From the NCBI GenBank assembly GCA_951406725.2, contig OX597822.1, forward strand, positions 59,892,001-59,956,000: a stretch of 64,000 nucleotides of DNA. The letters are read 5' to 3'. Position numbers and translations under genes: made by a program. Source of the DNA: Octopus vulgaris. Lineage: Eukaryota. Under the pieces are notes generated by a model. The model did no database searches and had not been told where the DNA came from. It saw nothing but the letters and a program-made list of their open reading frames with translations. How positions within the stretch are numbered: position 1 is the first letter of the stretch; every line of letters starts with the position of its first letter. Below are positions 1-33,003 of the stretch, piece by piece.

Positions 1-1042
1 CACCCATCTTTTTTTAAAACATTCGCTAGACAAAACTTGCCTCTCTACTCTCACTTTCCTCTTCAAGTGATACTTGAAGAAGTTGATGAGAGATTGACCA
101 GAGAGGAAAGTGTTTGTCTCTAATCCTTTAGGCGCGTCCACCAGATACATTCTTTCGCCATAGCCACAAGTATGATAAAAATAGCTCTTCCTTCTCGTTT
201 GAAGGAAGGAGGCGTGACGATATTAACGATAGACTCGGCTGATAAACCGACACTTCCCACACGTGACAGCAGTCGTTCGACATAAGCCCACAGGTCGGAG
301 ATTGTTGGACACTGCACGATTGCGTGCAGAACGGTTTCTTCACTCTGCCCGCATCTCGGGCAGATCGGCCCCGTGTTTCTCGAGCCATGCCTATAGAGCT
401 TTTCCCGAACGGGTAGCGCTTCCCGGTAGCACCACCAGGCCAGGGATGTCTGGAAGTTGTCCATAGGTCCCGGCCCGAAAGTCATTTCAAACAGGTGGGT
501 CAGGTATTCCTCGTCGACGCCCAGGTTTACCCCAAGATCGTCGTCGTACCTCCCCTCCACTAATCCCCTGTAGAATGCTTTGGTTGTGTTGAAGTTACTC
601 AAGGTCGTCCCGGGACGGCAGAGTTGCTTGAGAGCAACGCGACACTCGCGATGCCATTCGCACTTCCTCGGCTTCTTTTTGATCCACGACTGCAGTTCGG
701 TCATGGAGACGAGCTGCGGGAATGCGTGCCTCACATACGGCGACCACACCTGTTCACCGTCGTCTACATAGAGCCGGAGATGTCGCAGTCTCAGCGCGTG
801 TCTGTGCATCATCAACCACGGCATGCCCAGCCCTCCTTTTAACGGGTGTTGACAGCAAATGGATCGCCTGACCATCGGGACGCATCCTTTCCACAAGAAG
901 CGGAAGAGAATGCGTTCTAGTTTGGTGATGGTAGGGTCGGGACAAGGTACGACGGTCAGGCGGTAGTAGATGATGGACGCGATGTACGTGTTCGCCACCT
1001 CCGCCCGACCTTTTAGGGACAGTTTCCTCTCGGCCCATTGCC
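1..1042 (-). mobile_element. Tx1-like non-LTR retrotransposon, 5'-truncated copy A (ORF2 C-terminus with CCHC zinc finger)
   Basis: WAERKLSLKGR, GGLGMP and CPRC..H...C motifs in ORF 120-1160; abuts (GATA)n at 1043. Confidence 0.85.
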
Positions 1043-1114
<72 letters not shown>

Positions 1115-1115
<1 letters not shown>

Positions 1116-1585
1116 TGTTTCTTTATTAGCCACACAGGGCTGCACACAGACGGGACACATTACAAAGTAGAGCTTTTCTTATCTTGGAGAAAAAAAAGTG
1201 GGGTAGGTTTTCGATCGTAAGAGGGAAAGAAGAAAAAAAAATGAAAATAAACAAAAGAAAAGAAAAAAGGGAAGAAAAAAGAAAGGAAAAAAGGAAGAAA
1301 AAAACGGTCAATAGGGATCGTGTATCACAGTGTCATGATGTACGGTGTAAGGGGGGAAACAGATAAGGTTTATCTGTTGGAAGAAAAGCCTACGGAAAAG
1401 ACCACGGTAACCTCGGTCAAAATTGTTACATGTTACCACACTTGTTTGCTAGTGGGTAACCCTCTGTTTTCAATTTCTGGGTTCATAGTATTATGCTCAA
1501 GGTGGCTTCGTCATTCATACGTGCCATCCTTGCTACATTCACCCATCTTTTTTTTTAAACATTCGCTAGACAAAACTTGCCTCTA
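1115..1585 (-). mobile_element. Tx1-like element, short copy B (3' UTR plus ORF2 tip)
   Basis: Same 3' terminus (tttctttattagccacacagggc on +) as copies C and D; GATA arrays on both sides. Confidence 0.8.
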
Positions 1586-1614
1586 TAGATAGATATATAT
1601 ATATAGAGATAGAC

Positions 1615-1669
<55 letters not shown>

Positions 1670-1684
1670 GATAGATAGATAGAT

Positions 1685-4600
1685 ATGTTTCTTTATTAGC
1701 CACACAGGGCTGCACACAGACAGAACAAATTACAAGGTAGAGCTTTTCTTTTGGGGGTAAAAAAAAAGGGGGTTGGTTTTCGATCAAAAGGGATCGTAAA
1801 AGGAAAGAAAGAGGACAAAAAAAGGGGAGGATTTAAAAAAATAAAAAATTTAAAAATAAAGGGGGAGAGGGAAAAAAAAGAAAAAAGAAAAGGGGAGAGG
1901 AAAAAAGTTGATCAATAGGGATCGTAATCACAGAAATGTCAATATGAAGTGTACAGGGGAGGACAGGTGAGGTTTACCCGTGGAAAGAAAAGCCTACGGA
2001 AAAGACCACGGTAACCTCGGTCAATGAAGTCATATGTTATATTTCTTTCTTTTATTTCTTTTTTTTGCAAATAAGCAACTCTCTGTATTAATTTTTACGG
2101 TTCATAGAATCATAGTCAAGGTGGCTTCGTCATTCATACGTGCCATCCTTGCTACATTCAACCATCTTTTTTTTAAACATTCACTTGACAAAACTTGCCT
2201 CTCTACTCTCACTTTCCTCTTCAAGTGATACTTGAAGAAGTTGATGAGAGATTGACCAGAGAGGAAAGTGTTTGTCTCTAATCCTTTCAGGCGCGTCCAC
2301 CAAATACATTCTTTCGTCATAGCCACAAGTATGATAAAAATAGCTCTTCCTTCCCGTTTGAAGGAAGGAGGCGTGACGATATTAATGATAGACTCGGCTG
2401 ATAGACCGGCACGTCCCACACGTGACAGCAGTCGTTCGACATAAGCCCACAGGTCGGAAATTGCTGGACACTGCACGATTGCGTGCAGAGCGGTTTCGTC
2501 GCTCTGCCCGCATCTCGGGCAGGTCGGCCCCGTGTTTCTCGAGCCATGCCTATAGAGCTTTTCCCGAACGGATAGCGCTTCCCGGTAGCACCGCCAGGCC
2601 AGGGATCTCTGGAAGTTGTCCATAGGTCCCGGGCCGAAAGTCGTTTGAAACAGGCGGGTCAGGTATTCCTCGTCGACGCCCAGGTTTGCCCGAGATCGTC
2701 GTAGTACCTTCCCTCCACTAATCCCCTATAGAATGCTTTGGTTGTGTTGAAGTCACTCAAGGTCGACCCGGGACGGCAGAGTTGCTTGAGAGCAACGAGA
2801 CACTCGCGGTGCCATTCGCCCTTCCTCGGCCTCTTTTTGATCCACGACTGCAGTTCGGTCATGGAGACGGGTTGCGGGAATGCGTGCCTCACAAACGGCG
2901 ACCACACCTGTTCACCGTCGTCTACATAGAGCCGGAGATGTCGCAGACTCAGCGCGTGTCTGCGCATCATCAACCACGGCATGCCCAGCCCTCCTTTTAA
3001 CGGGTGTTGACAGCAAATGGATCGCCTGACCATCGGGATGCATCCTTTCCACAAGAAGCGGAAGAGAATGCGTTCTAGTTTGATGATGGTAGGGTCGGGA
3101 CAAGGTACGACGGTCAGGCGGTAGTAGATGATGGACGCGATGTACGCGTTCGCCACCTCCGCCCGACCTTTTAGGGGCAGTTTCCTCTCGGCCCATTGCT
3201 GGGGAGAGTGACCACCCTACTCGTTATCTCGTTCCAGTTCTTCTCCATTTGGAGGTCCGGACCGAACCAGACCCCGAGCAACTCAACCGGGCCGTCTGTC
3301 CAGCGTCCCACGACGGAGGTACTGGAGGACGGCATGGGCTTGCTTCTCCAGGTGCCGAGCCGCAAGCCCACTGACTTTTCCCGGTTGATTTTTGCTCCTG
3401 TCACCGCTTCGTAGTCTTTCAGTGTCCCGCCGACCCGCTCGATGTGCTCGTGGCTTGACACTATGACGGTGACGTCGTCCGCGTATGCAGACACGCTCGT
3501 CCCGCATCCCAATTCTCGCGGGATGCCCCTCAGAGTCGCCAGCTTCCGCAGTAGTGGCTCAAGAGTCAATACGTATAGAAGCGCCGAGAGGGGGCATCCC
3601 TGACGGACCGAACGTGCAATGTCGAAAGGTCTCGATAGATGTCCATTTACGCGAATTACCGAACGGATGCCTCTGTACAAGGCAGCTATCCAGCCGCGGA
3701 AGACGGGACCGAAACCAGCCGCTCTCAGGACTGCCTCCAAGTATCGATGGTCTACCCTATCGAAGGCTTTCGATTGATCCAAGTTGATCAGGGCCCCACC
3801 CATGCCAGGTTCGTTAACTACCCTGTCTATGATGTAGCGCATCAGATGGAGGTTGTCATGGATGCTCCGGCCCGGCACGGCGCACGTTTGTGCCTTGTCG
3901 ACCAGTTTCTCGATGACAAGCGCCAACCTCTTGGCTAACACCTTTGTCAAAATTTTCAGGTCTGCATTGAGCAGAGTGATTGGTCTAAAGTTATCTATAA
4001 TGTTCCCCTTGTTTGGATCTTTCTTCAGCAGTGTTACAGCTCCTCGACTCATAAAACCGGGTATGCTCCCGTTTTGCTGCCAGTTGCAGTATACCGCTGC
4101 CAAGACGTCTCCAAACAAGTCTGGCATACAATTGTAAAGCTCGTAGGGCAGACCATCCAAACCCGGCGATTTGTCTCTCGAGCATTCTGCCATCGCGTCC
4201 CGCATATCCGCCGCCGTGATGGCACCTTCACAGCACTCTGCCTCTCTTGCCGAGAGTCGTGGTAGGCTGTGCAGGTAGGCACTGAAGTCCACCCTGCGTT
4301 CACGCTCACCACTCGTCCCGTACAGTCGGGCAAAGTGCCGCTGAAATGTCTCGCACATCTTACTGGGCTCGAGCAATTCGCGCCCTTGTTCATCTACCAG
4401 AGACCGAATGGTGGCTTTGTTGCCCTGCTGCGCCTCCGCCACCCGGGCCTCCCTCGCGGCTCCAACACCTTCCATCCTTAGAGAACGCATCCTAACCCTG
4501 ATAGCACACCCTTCGTGTTTGGCGTTGAAGTGTTGGTCAAGGGCCAACCTTGCTGCCAAAACGTCGGGTGTGATGCCGCTTCTTATTGCCTCTTCTAACT

Positions 4601-5347
4601 TCTTAACTAACTCACCCTCTACTCTATTTCTATCTACGGTTAGTGCCTTGCTATATCTTATTGCTTCCGCTTTTACTGCTCTCTTGAGGGCGAACCACCA
4701 TTTGTTGTTGATGATGGCTCCCGTTAAAGCCCTTTTTACTAACGTGTTGATTCAGTCTCTGAAAACTTGTCTGTACGGGAATGATGCATTCAGTTTCCAG
4801 TAACCAGGACCCTGTCTATGTGCCTTATCTAAGTCTAGCGTACACGTCACGAATTTGTGATCCGTGTAGCTGACTGTGTGGAATTGTGGACATCCTAAGT
4901 TCTCCTTGTCTACTGTCCTACACAGTATCCTATCTAGATACGATCTCGACGACCCACTACGGTTGCTCCATGTCCACGTTGGTGCATTTGGGTGGTCGAG
5001 TCGGTACCTGTCAGACAGTTGGAATCGTCTGAGCAGGTCTCTGAGGCATTTGCATCCCCTTCTGTTTTTGTCTCTCCCCACATAGTCTGGATGCTTGTCC
5101 AAGGTAGCATTCCAATCCCCCACTAAAAGTAAAGGATGAGACGTTCCCAGGAATACTTCTAGACGTCGAAAGAAATCCGGCCGACCTGTTAAAGGCGGTG
5201 CGTAGACTGATACGAGTCGAAAAGCGCACCCATTGCTGCCGTCGACATCCAGAACGACCAGTCTACCCTCCGGGTCTACGAATATCGTCTTGACTTCGAG
5301 ATCCAGGCTCTTGTGAAAAAGTACCGCGGTACCACTACCGCCCATCT
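1685..5347 (-). mobile_element. Tx1-like LINE copy C, near-complete ORF2 (APE endonuclease, RT, CCHC), frameshifted and 5'-truncated
   Basis: APE motifs VYAP, GDWN, YLDRI, TDHK, WKLN; RT motifs KSPGLDG, FRPITLLN, LDQSKAFDRV, RQGCPLS, YADD. Confidence 0.92.
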
Positions 5348-5510
<163 letters not shown>

Positions 5511-5549
5511 CAAACAGAGAGGTAAATAGGACAGTCAGACAGATGGCAA

Positions 5550-8040
5550 TTTAGATTTCTTTATTTAGCCACACAGGACCGAAAACAGATGGAACAATAC
5601 AATGTAGAATTTTTTACTTTCGAAACAGCTCAGTAGGGATTGAAAAACGTTTTGGGGCGCGAACACATGTAGATAACAAGGTTTCGTTTTTAACTATTTA
5701 TATTCCCCAAAAAGGGGAGAAAATATAACACTGACTAGAGTTATCCGTGGAGAGAAAAACCTCCGAAAAAACCTCGGTAACCTCGGAAAAAAGGAAAACA
5801 ATTTGAGAGAAATGTGCCCTCTCTCCTTTTGTTTTATAGGTTTATGTTTAAAATGGTTCCGCCATTTATGTGTACCATCTTTGCTACATTCACCCACCTT
5901 TCATTAAAAATTTCATTAGACAAAATTTCCCTTACTACTTTTACCTCCCTTTTCAAGTGATACTTCAAAGGCTAATGAGAGGTTGGCCAGAGAGGAAAGT
6001 ATTTGTCTCTAAGCCTTTCAAACGAGTCCATTTATCGGGTGTTGACAGCAAATGTATCGCCTAACCTTTTAGAGATAGCTTCTTCTCGGCCCACAGCTGA
6101 GTGTGATCTCGTCCCAGTTCTCCATTTGGAGTTCTGGGTCGAACCAAAACCCGAACAATTTAACCGATCGGTCTGTCAAGTGCCCCACGATGGAAGTGCT
6201 TTTGGAGTGCATAGGCTTGATACAATAGGTGCCGAGCCGCATGCTCACTGGAGTTTTCGGGTTAATTTTTGCTCCCGTTACCGATTCGTATTCTTTTAGT
6301 GTCTCGCCGACCAGGTCAGTGTATCTGAGGCTTGATACTATGACGGTGATATCGTCCGCATATGCAGTACGCTCCATCCGTATCCCAGTTCTCGCGGGAT
6401 ACCCCTCAGCGTCGCCAGCTTCCACAATAATGGCTCAAGAGTCAATATATACGAACGTGACGAGAAGGGGCATCCCCGACAGCCCGAACGCATGATGTCT
6501 GAATGGTTTAGATGGATGGTCATTTACTCGAACTACTGAGCGGTTGCCGCTGTATAAAGCAGCGTTCCAACCACGGAAGACTGGACCGAAATCAGCCACC
6601 CAAAGGACAGCCACCAAGTATCGATGGTCGATCCTATCGAAGGCTTTTGATTGATCCAAAGTGATCAGCGCCCTACCTATGCCAGGTTCCATAACTACCC
6701 TGTGTATGATGTAGCGCATGAGGTGGAGGTTACCTTGAATAGTTCTGCCCGCAAGGCGCATGTTTGTCCCTTGTCCACCAGTTTCTCGATGACAAACACC
6801 AACCGCTCGGCTAGCACTTTGGCCAAAATTTTCAAATCTACGTTGAGCAGAGTGATGGGCCTGAAATTATCTATAACGATCCCCTTATTTGCGACTTTCT
6901 ATAACAGTGTCACTGCTCCTCGACTCGCAAAACTGAGCGGCTGTAATGGAACTTTCACAACATTCCGCCTCTCTTGCCGAGAGTCATGGCAGACCATACA
7001 GGTAGTCTCTAAAGTCGGTTCTGCATTCTGATCCGCCAGTTGTCCCGAGCAGCCGGACAAAGTCCTGGTGAAAGGCCCCACACCTCCTTTCGGTTTCGAG
7101 TAATTCGCACCCTTGTTGATCTATCAAAGACCAAATGGTGGCTTTGTTGTCATGTTGCGCCTCCGCCACACGCGCCCCTCGGGTGGTTCTAATTCCCTCG
7201 CTTCTTAGGGCTCGCATCCTAGCTCTGACAACCTTCGTGGTTGGCGTTGAAGTGTTGATCAAGGGTCAACCCCGCCGCCAGCACGTTGGTCACGCTGCTA
7301 CTTCTAAGAACTTCTAATTTCTTAACTAGGTCTCCCTTTACTCTGTTTCGATCTATTACTAAAGCCTTGCTGTACCTAACCGTTTCTGCTTTATTTGCCC
7401 TCTTTGGGGCAAACCACCACTTGTTGTTGACGATGGCTCCAGTCAACGCCCTCCTAACTAATGCGTAAATCCGGTCTCTCTAAGCCTGTCTCGCCAGGAG
7501 TCACGCATTCAGTTTCCAGTATTCGTGATACTGCCTATGATTCTTATCTAAGTCGATAGTACAGGTCACGAATTTGTGATCTGTTTAGCTGATTATGTGA
7601 AATTTTGGACAATCTATACTATCCCTATCCACTGTCCTACAAAATACTCTATCTAATTACAATCTCGACGACTCGATAAAGTTGGTCTGTGTCCACATTG
7701 GCACATTCGGGTAGTCCAGTCGGTACCTGTCAGACATTTGGAAACGTCTGAGAAGATCTTTGAGGCATTTGCATCCCAGATTTCGAATTGTCAACTGAAC
7801 ATGGGCTTGAAGGCCCGCGGGTTGTGGAGTCTGGTTTCGCTGATGGCTATATCTACATTTTGAGACTTGATGCCATTTAGCAGATAACCTTGTTTCCAAG
7901 GCGGTCCCAAGCCACGCACATTTACATTACCTATTCTGATCATGGCCCTAAAAGTTGTGTTTTACACTCAACGAGAAAAGAAAGGGGAGAGAGGTACTTA
8001 CTGTTCGACAGTTGGATACTGTCCTCTTCAAAAGTTTCCA
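5550..8040 (-). mobile_element. Older, internally deleted Tx1-like LINE
   Basis: ORF2 start MIRIGNVNVRGL at ~7943 (minus strand); degenerate LDQSKAFDR and YADD motifs; related 3' end ttctttatttagccacacagg. Confidence 0.8.
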
Positions 8041-8702
8041 TGAGGAGGTTTTCATAGATTTTTTAGACAAGTGTTTTTGAAATCTCCCTACTGCATTAGG
8101 ATACAGAGATTTCACTAAATTATGTGTGTTTCCTGCCGTATACTATTTTTATTTGTTGTGGTGGTTTTGTGCGTGGGTGTTTGTTTTAAAACTGTTTTCT
8201 CTTAATTCAGTGTGAGACCAGATGTATTGCATCAGCTCCAAATTGTTTGTGTTGATTGCGGTTTGCATTGTTGGCGTTTGTGTGTTTGTAGGGTGTCCGG
8301 TCAATTCGTCGACGACAATTTGTCGTCGTTTAATTTGTCTCCAGTCAATTCGTCGTTGGTCAATTCATCCCCATGTCAATTCGTCATCAGTCAATTCGTT
8401 ACTGTATTACATATTTCTTTTTTCTTAAAATTTTAGATTGTCTGCAATTGCTTTTAGAAAAATAATTTTTTGGCTTGGATCATATTTTTCAGTGACATTT
8501 TTTATATCTTTATTTTATGTGGTGGTGGGAGATTGGTTATTCTCCTTGCATAAACTTCTGTAATTTGGTACTGGCAAAACTTTCCTCACATTTAATCACA
8601 TCAATAAGTTTCCAAATATTTCAATGATTAATATTCACTGTGCTATTCAATGCGGTGTGGTACACTTCTAAACTATTTGTAGTATAAGCAATCCCCGGCG
8701 TA

Positions 8703-9988
8703 CGAGGGACGTTCAATAAGTAATGCCCCTGACACTCTTGCAATTGTTTGATCTAGCTGAAATTTTGCATGTGCAATTATTTATATATCTATAGATTAAG
8801 TGACAAATTACAGCTTTGAACTAATTGTGGTTTCTGATTTATAGGTGTTTGAACTGAGTCAAGTGTGAAATGCAGCCTGTTGAGTGTCGAGCAGTAATCC
8901 GGTTTTTGTATTTGGAAGGATGCACACCACAGGAGACTTTTGATGAAATGAAAGTAACTTATGATGATGATGCCCCATCATATGACCTTGTAAAACGCTG
9001 GCATCGTGAATTCAAACATGGTCGGAACTCTGTGGAAACAGCTCCCAGATCTGGTCGCCCCTCTTCTGCCATTGATGAGGCATCTGTCCATCAAGTTGAG
9101 GCTGCCATTTTGGAAGATCGACGCATAACAATTCGCCAAATAGCCCATCAGGTCAAGATTAGTACCGGGTATGTGGAAACTATCATTCATGACCATTTGC
9201 ATATGCAAAAGGTGTCTGCTAGATGGATTCCCAGGTTGTTCACACCTTTCCAGAAGCAAGAACGCGTCAAGTGCTCGAGGATGAATTTGGAGATGTGCCA
9301 AGAAGATGAGTCAAAATTTTTCAAAAGACTGATTACGCAGGATGAAACCTGGGGCCATCACTATGATCCAGAGACTAAAGCCCAGTCAATGCAGTGGAAG
9401 CACCGTGACTCACCTCCCCCAAAGAAGGCAAGGGTGCAGCCCTTCGCTGGCAAGGTCACGCTCACAGTCTTCTGGGACCAGGACGGAGTAGTGATGACAG
9501 ATTTCCTGGCAAAGGGTACCACAATTACAGGAGCCTATTATGCTTCACTTTTGAGGAAATTAAGAGAAGTTATCAAAATCAAGAGGCGGGGCAAGATCAG
9601 CAAAGGCATTCTCCTCCTGCAGGACAACGCTCCGGTCCACAACTCGCGTGTCACCAGATCAGAAGCACAGGCTATGAACTCCTCTCCCATCCCCCCTACT
9701 CTCCTGACCTTGCACCCTCTGATTTTCACCTTTTCCCAGCCATGAAGTTATTTTTGAAAGGAAAGCGTTTCCCTGATGATGCAGCCTTAATTTCTGAAGT
9801 CACGTCGTGGTTGGAGGACCAAGCTGGGGTCTTCTACAAAAACGGTCTCCAGAGCTGCATCAAACGATGGGAGAAATGCGTAACTCTGGGTGGTTCCTAT
9901 GCAGAAAAAGACTAATAAATATACCAAATTTCGTTGCTCTACTGCTATGGGAAGTGGGTCGGGGGCATTACTTATTGAACGCCCCTCG
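8703..9988 (+). mobile_element. Full-length mariner (DD34D) transposon, 1286 bp
   Basis: About 30-bp TIRs cgagggacgttcaataagtaatgccc / gggcattacttattgaacgcccctcg; TA target-site duplication. Confidence 0.95.
8870..9915 (+). pseudogene. Mariner transposase, frameshifted near 9665
   Basis: WIPR, TQDETW and LQDNAPVH in ORF 8870-9745; HPPYSPDLAPSDFHLF continues in another frame. Confidence 0.9.
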
Positions 9989-10070
9989 TACATCGATCCC
10001 AAACATTCCATATGGGTAATGGAAATAAAAGTTCAAGGCATCGCCTCCTCTGTCCTCTTTCTCTCTAGAT

Positions 10071-10271
10071 CAGTGGTTCCCAACAGCGGCTCCCAAACTT
10101 ATTGTTTAAATAAGTTTTCCCACGGACCCCTTTTAACATGCATATCCTTTTGTGTATACATATATATATATATATATATATATAAATGAAATTTTAAATT
10201 TAGTTCACGGACACCCAGTACTACCTTTGCGAACCTCCAGGGGTCTGCAGACCCCAGGTTAGGAATCACTG
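10071..10271. mobile_element. hAT (Charlie/MER5-like) MITE
   Basis: Termini cagtggttcccaac / gttaggaatcactg; 8-bp TSD ctctagat / ctctaggt. Confidence 0.75.
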
Positions 10272-11194
10272 CTCTAGGTGGTCCTATATAATTGTTTTCA
10301 GAATAGGATACAATTGACTGTGGAATATCATCATCATCTGCAAGTTGTTTATATCCATCTACAACATCATCAACTGGCAGGAAGCCAAGGGCAAAAGAGC
10401 ACCGCATTTTTAGACTAAAACTGTCTTCTTCGTGATATCTGCATTTTGGTCCTTCTTGCACAACAGACTTGTACGCATTGTCTTCTAAATGAATCAAGCA
10501 GCATGCCAAATTCGACCCTGGAAACTATTCCAGAAATCCGTTATGGGCAGCTTTTTCGAAATCCATAATTATATTATCAGGTCCCTCATTCTGCAGTAAT
10601 TCATTTATTTTGGCAAAAAGTCTATTATATGTTTCTTGACATTTGTCAGAGAGTAATGCTAACAATCGTGGGAAATTAATAATATCAATTTGAATGTGAA
10701 GTATATATAACGGAAAAAATATACTAGAGCAGTAATTAAATGTTCCATCTGCTGCCCAGTTCTTGTGCTGTTTTAACTGTCGAAGTGCTTCGTCACTTGC
10801 ATAGTTACATCTCTAAATGTTGTCCATTGTTCTTTGAATCCAAATTTTCCGTAGTAAACTTTTCAGCAACAGCAACAAAAACCAAAATAGATATTGTATA
10901 ATTGTATGTCTAATTTTTATTTATCTTTTCGTCATAAAATTTGCTTTAAAAGGTTTCGTTCATTTTGTTTACATTAAAACTATAAAACTCCTACACATTT
11001 TCAAATTACTTTGTTACTAGACTTTACAACAGAAAAATTTCTTTTCAGTCATTTCCTTTCCACACCTTCATACGTTTTTTTTTTCTTGCTGTCATCGTTG
11101 TCACACTCGCCTTTAGTGCTGGTATTCTTTTCCTCTTTATCCCCTTTTTTCTCTCCATCGTTTCCTTTTCCTTATTCTTACCTATAATGATGCC

Positions 11195-11400
11195 TTGATT
11201 GGTACGATTAGAAAAACAAATATCTACAGATCCATTTTCATTGGTCATCTGGCGCAACATTCAAACCCGTACAACTTTGTGTAAACTTTGGCATACGCTA
11301 TTATTCCCACTGGCCATATCCTATAAATACTGGGCTTTCTCGCGTTGCCTACCAGAATTGCCTTGTTTGTTCACCGGACATATTCAGAGAATTCAGTGCG
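11195..11400 (+). promoter_or_regulatory. Putative promoter of paralog 1 (TATAAATA at 11322-11329, inverted CCAAT motifs upstream)
   Basis: TATA box about 220 nt upstream of the ATG; block is nearly identical to 40775-40975 while flanks diverge more. Confidence 0.5.
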
Positions 11401-11541
11401 TTCTTTTCACACCGGAGCTCTCTGTGAGTTCAATACGTCGACTAGCGTCGCCTTTGCAAGGACAAGGGGACTAGTGATATACATTATACATACACTGTAT
11501 ATCTAAAAGCTCATAAGACAATTCTTAATAAGGCAATCAGC

Positions 11542-31397
<19,856 letters not shown>

Positions 31398-31799
31398 ACA
31401 AGCAAACAGAATTTCCATTATTCTAACTATTTTCCCTGCAATATGAGAACATGAAGAATCCATTCCACCATATGGAAATGTTAGTTTTATTTTGCGCATA
31501 TATTAATGAATATTCATTTTCTACAGCAATTATTTTCTCTATACACACACGTGCGCGAGCATGTACACACACATGCACACACACACACACACACACGTGT
31601 GTGTGTGTGTGTGCGTGTTAATATTTCTGTCTAATTCAAATGCATTATCCTGTGATTATAGAATAAAATAATGTATGCATAATTCTTTGTCATAATTCTT
31701 CTTGAAGCATTTGCAACCAAATCTATGCACGACATATTCAACAAATAAAACAACAGAACCTATTTTAGATTAGATTAATTAATATTGCTCTGAAAATGA

Positions 31800-31805
31800 A
31801 ATAAA
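31800..31805 (+). terminator. Candidate polyadenylation signal AATAAA, paralog 1
   Basis: About 400 nt after the stop, followed by a GT/T-rich tract; conserved at 63049-63054. Confidence 0.4.
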
Positions 31806-33003
31806 CAAATTACTAAGCTAATTTTAACAGTACGTCTTTGTTTTATTTTTGGACTTAATTTCTTTTTCATATTTCTCCCCTCGTTCCCCCTCAAGGTTTT
31901 TTTTGTGGGTTCTTTAGACATATCACTGTCATATAAATATCGGAACCAGTGCTGAGATCACAAGATGATATGCAAATTATTTTGAACGTAGTCACTCTAT
32001 ATTTTTTTCTCAATGCACTTTAATATACTATACAGATAGTTTTAAATATATAAGCAGTTGTGATTTTGCATCCTACATCATAGAACTAGTTTACAACATA
32101 GAAGCTTCCACTATTATACACTAAATCTCTCTCAAATTACTTTATTCAATATGTAGAAACACATTGAATAATGCAGTGCAATCCTAGGTATGCATTCCCT
32201 TAACAAAGAACTTGTCAAGTGTAGCTGGAATGTTTTTAGTTATAGGTCTGCTGGATGAGGACTGCCTTGAGGTTTCATAACCAACACAGGACAGTTTGCT
32301 TATGAAGAAGCTGTTGCTGTTCGTTGTGCTTCACAGTTTTTGTAAAGGACAGTAGTTACCTTGTTGATAATTGTCTATAAATTGTAAAATCTATATTATG
32401 AATATCCTGTAGTGGACATTATAAGACAGGATCCCTACTAGTAACACAATTTCTGTAAGAGACATTACTAGCTGGAAAACAAACTTTAGATGGATAGTGA
32501 TATGTATCAGAAAAGCTTTCCAAAAGTGAATACACTGGAGAATCTACTATTATTGGCACCAGGATATAGACAGTCAGAATATCACTAGTTTTTTTTAAAA
32601 TTTTAGTCATTAAAAAATAATCAATTTCAACAAAATTCATATTAATGTTTTTCAAGTTTCCATTCATCACTCGATCGATTGATCACTGGATTGGCGTAAT
32701 GGATGGAGAGAGAGAGGGGTAGGTGGTTGGAAAGAGAAAGGATGGACACATACATATAAATGACTGGATGGATAAATACATACATGCATATATAAATATG
32801 TGTATGCATGCATTCATATAGAAAAGTTTGATAAACAACACATATCAACCAATAGTTTTCAAACTTAAATTTATTTCACTTCAAGAGAACATAGATAAAT
32901 TGGTATATCTGATGCATCTGAGAAAAATACTTTCAGCTGGATATTGTCAAAATAGTTCAGTTCATATATCAAAAACTTTCAAAATTTTCTGTTCTATTTT
33001 ACT

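Larger units (their letters stand above)
8291..10800 (-). mobile_element. Decayed Mutator-like (MULE) DNA transposon interrupted by a mariner and a hAT MITE
   Basis: Minus-strand remnants WAADGTF, IIMDFEKAA, ACCLIHL, ENNYIG, FPLPIWN, TTNSLEVYH..NIWKLI; terminal array of gtcaattcgtc repeats at 8291-8400. Confidence 0.7.

Noticed and set aside
120-1160. ORF starts with (YLSI)n repeats fused to retrotransposon protein (also 4752-5513)
   Set aside because: Read-through of (TATC)n microsatellite into a 5'-truncated LINE ORF2, not a real N-terminus
11424-11540. Possible small 5' UTR intron (GTGAGT at 11424, CAG just before the ATG; same in paralog 2)
   Set aside because: No clear polypyrimidine tract; cannot be decided without transcript data
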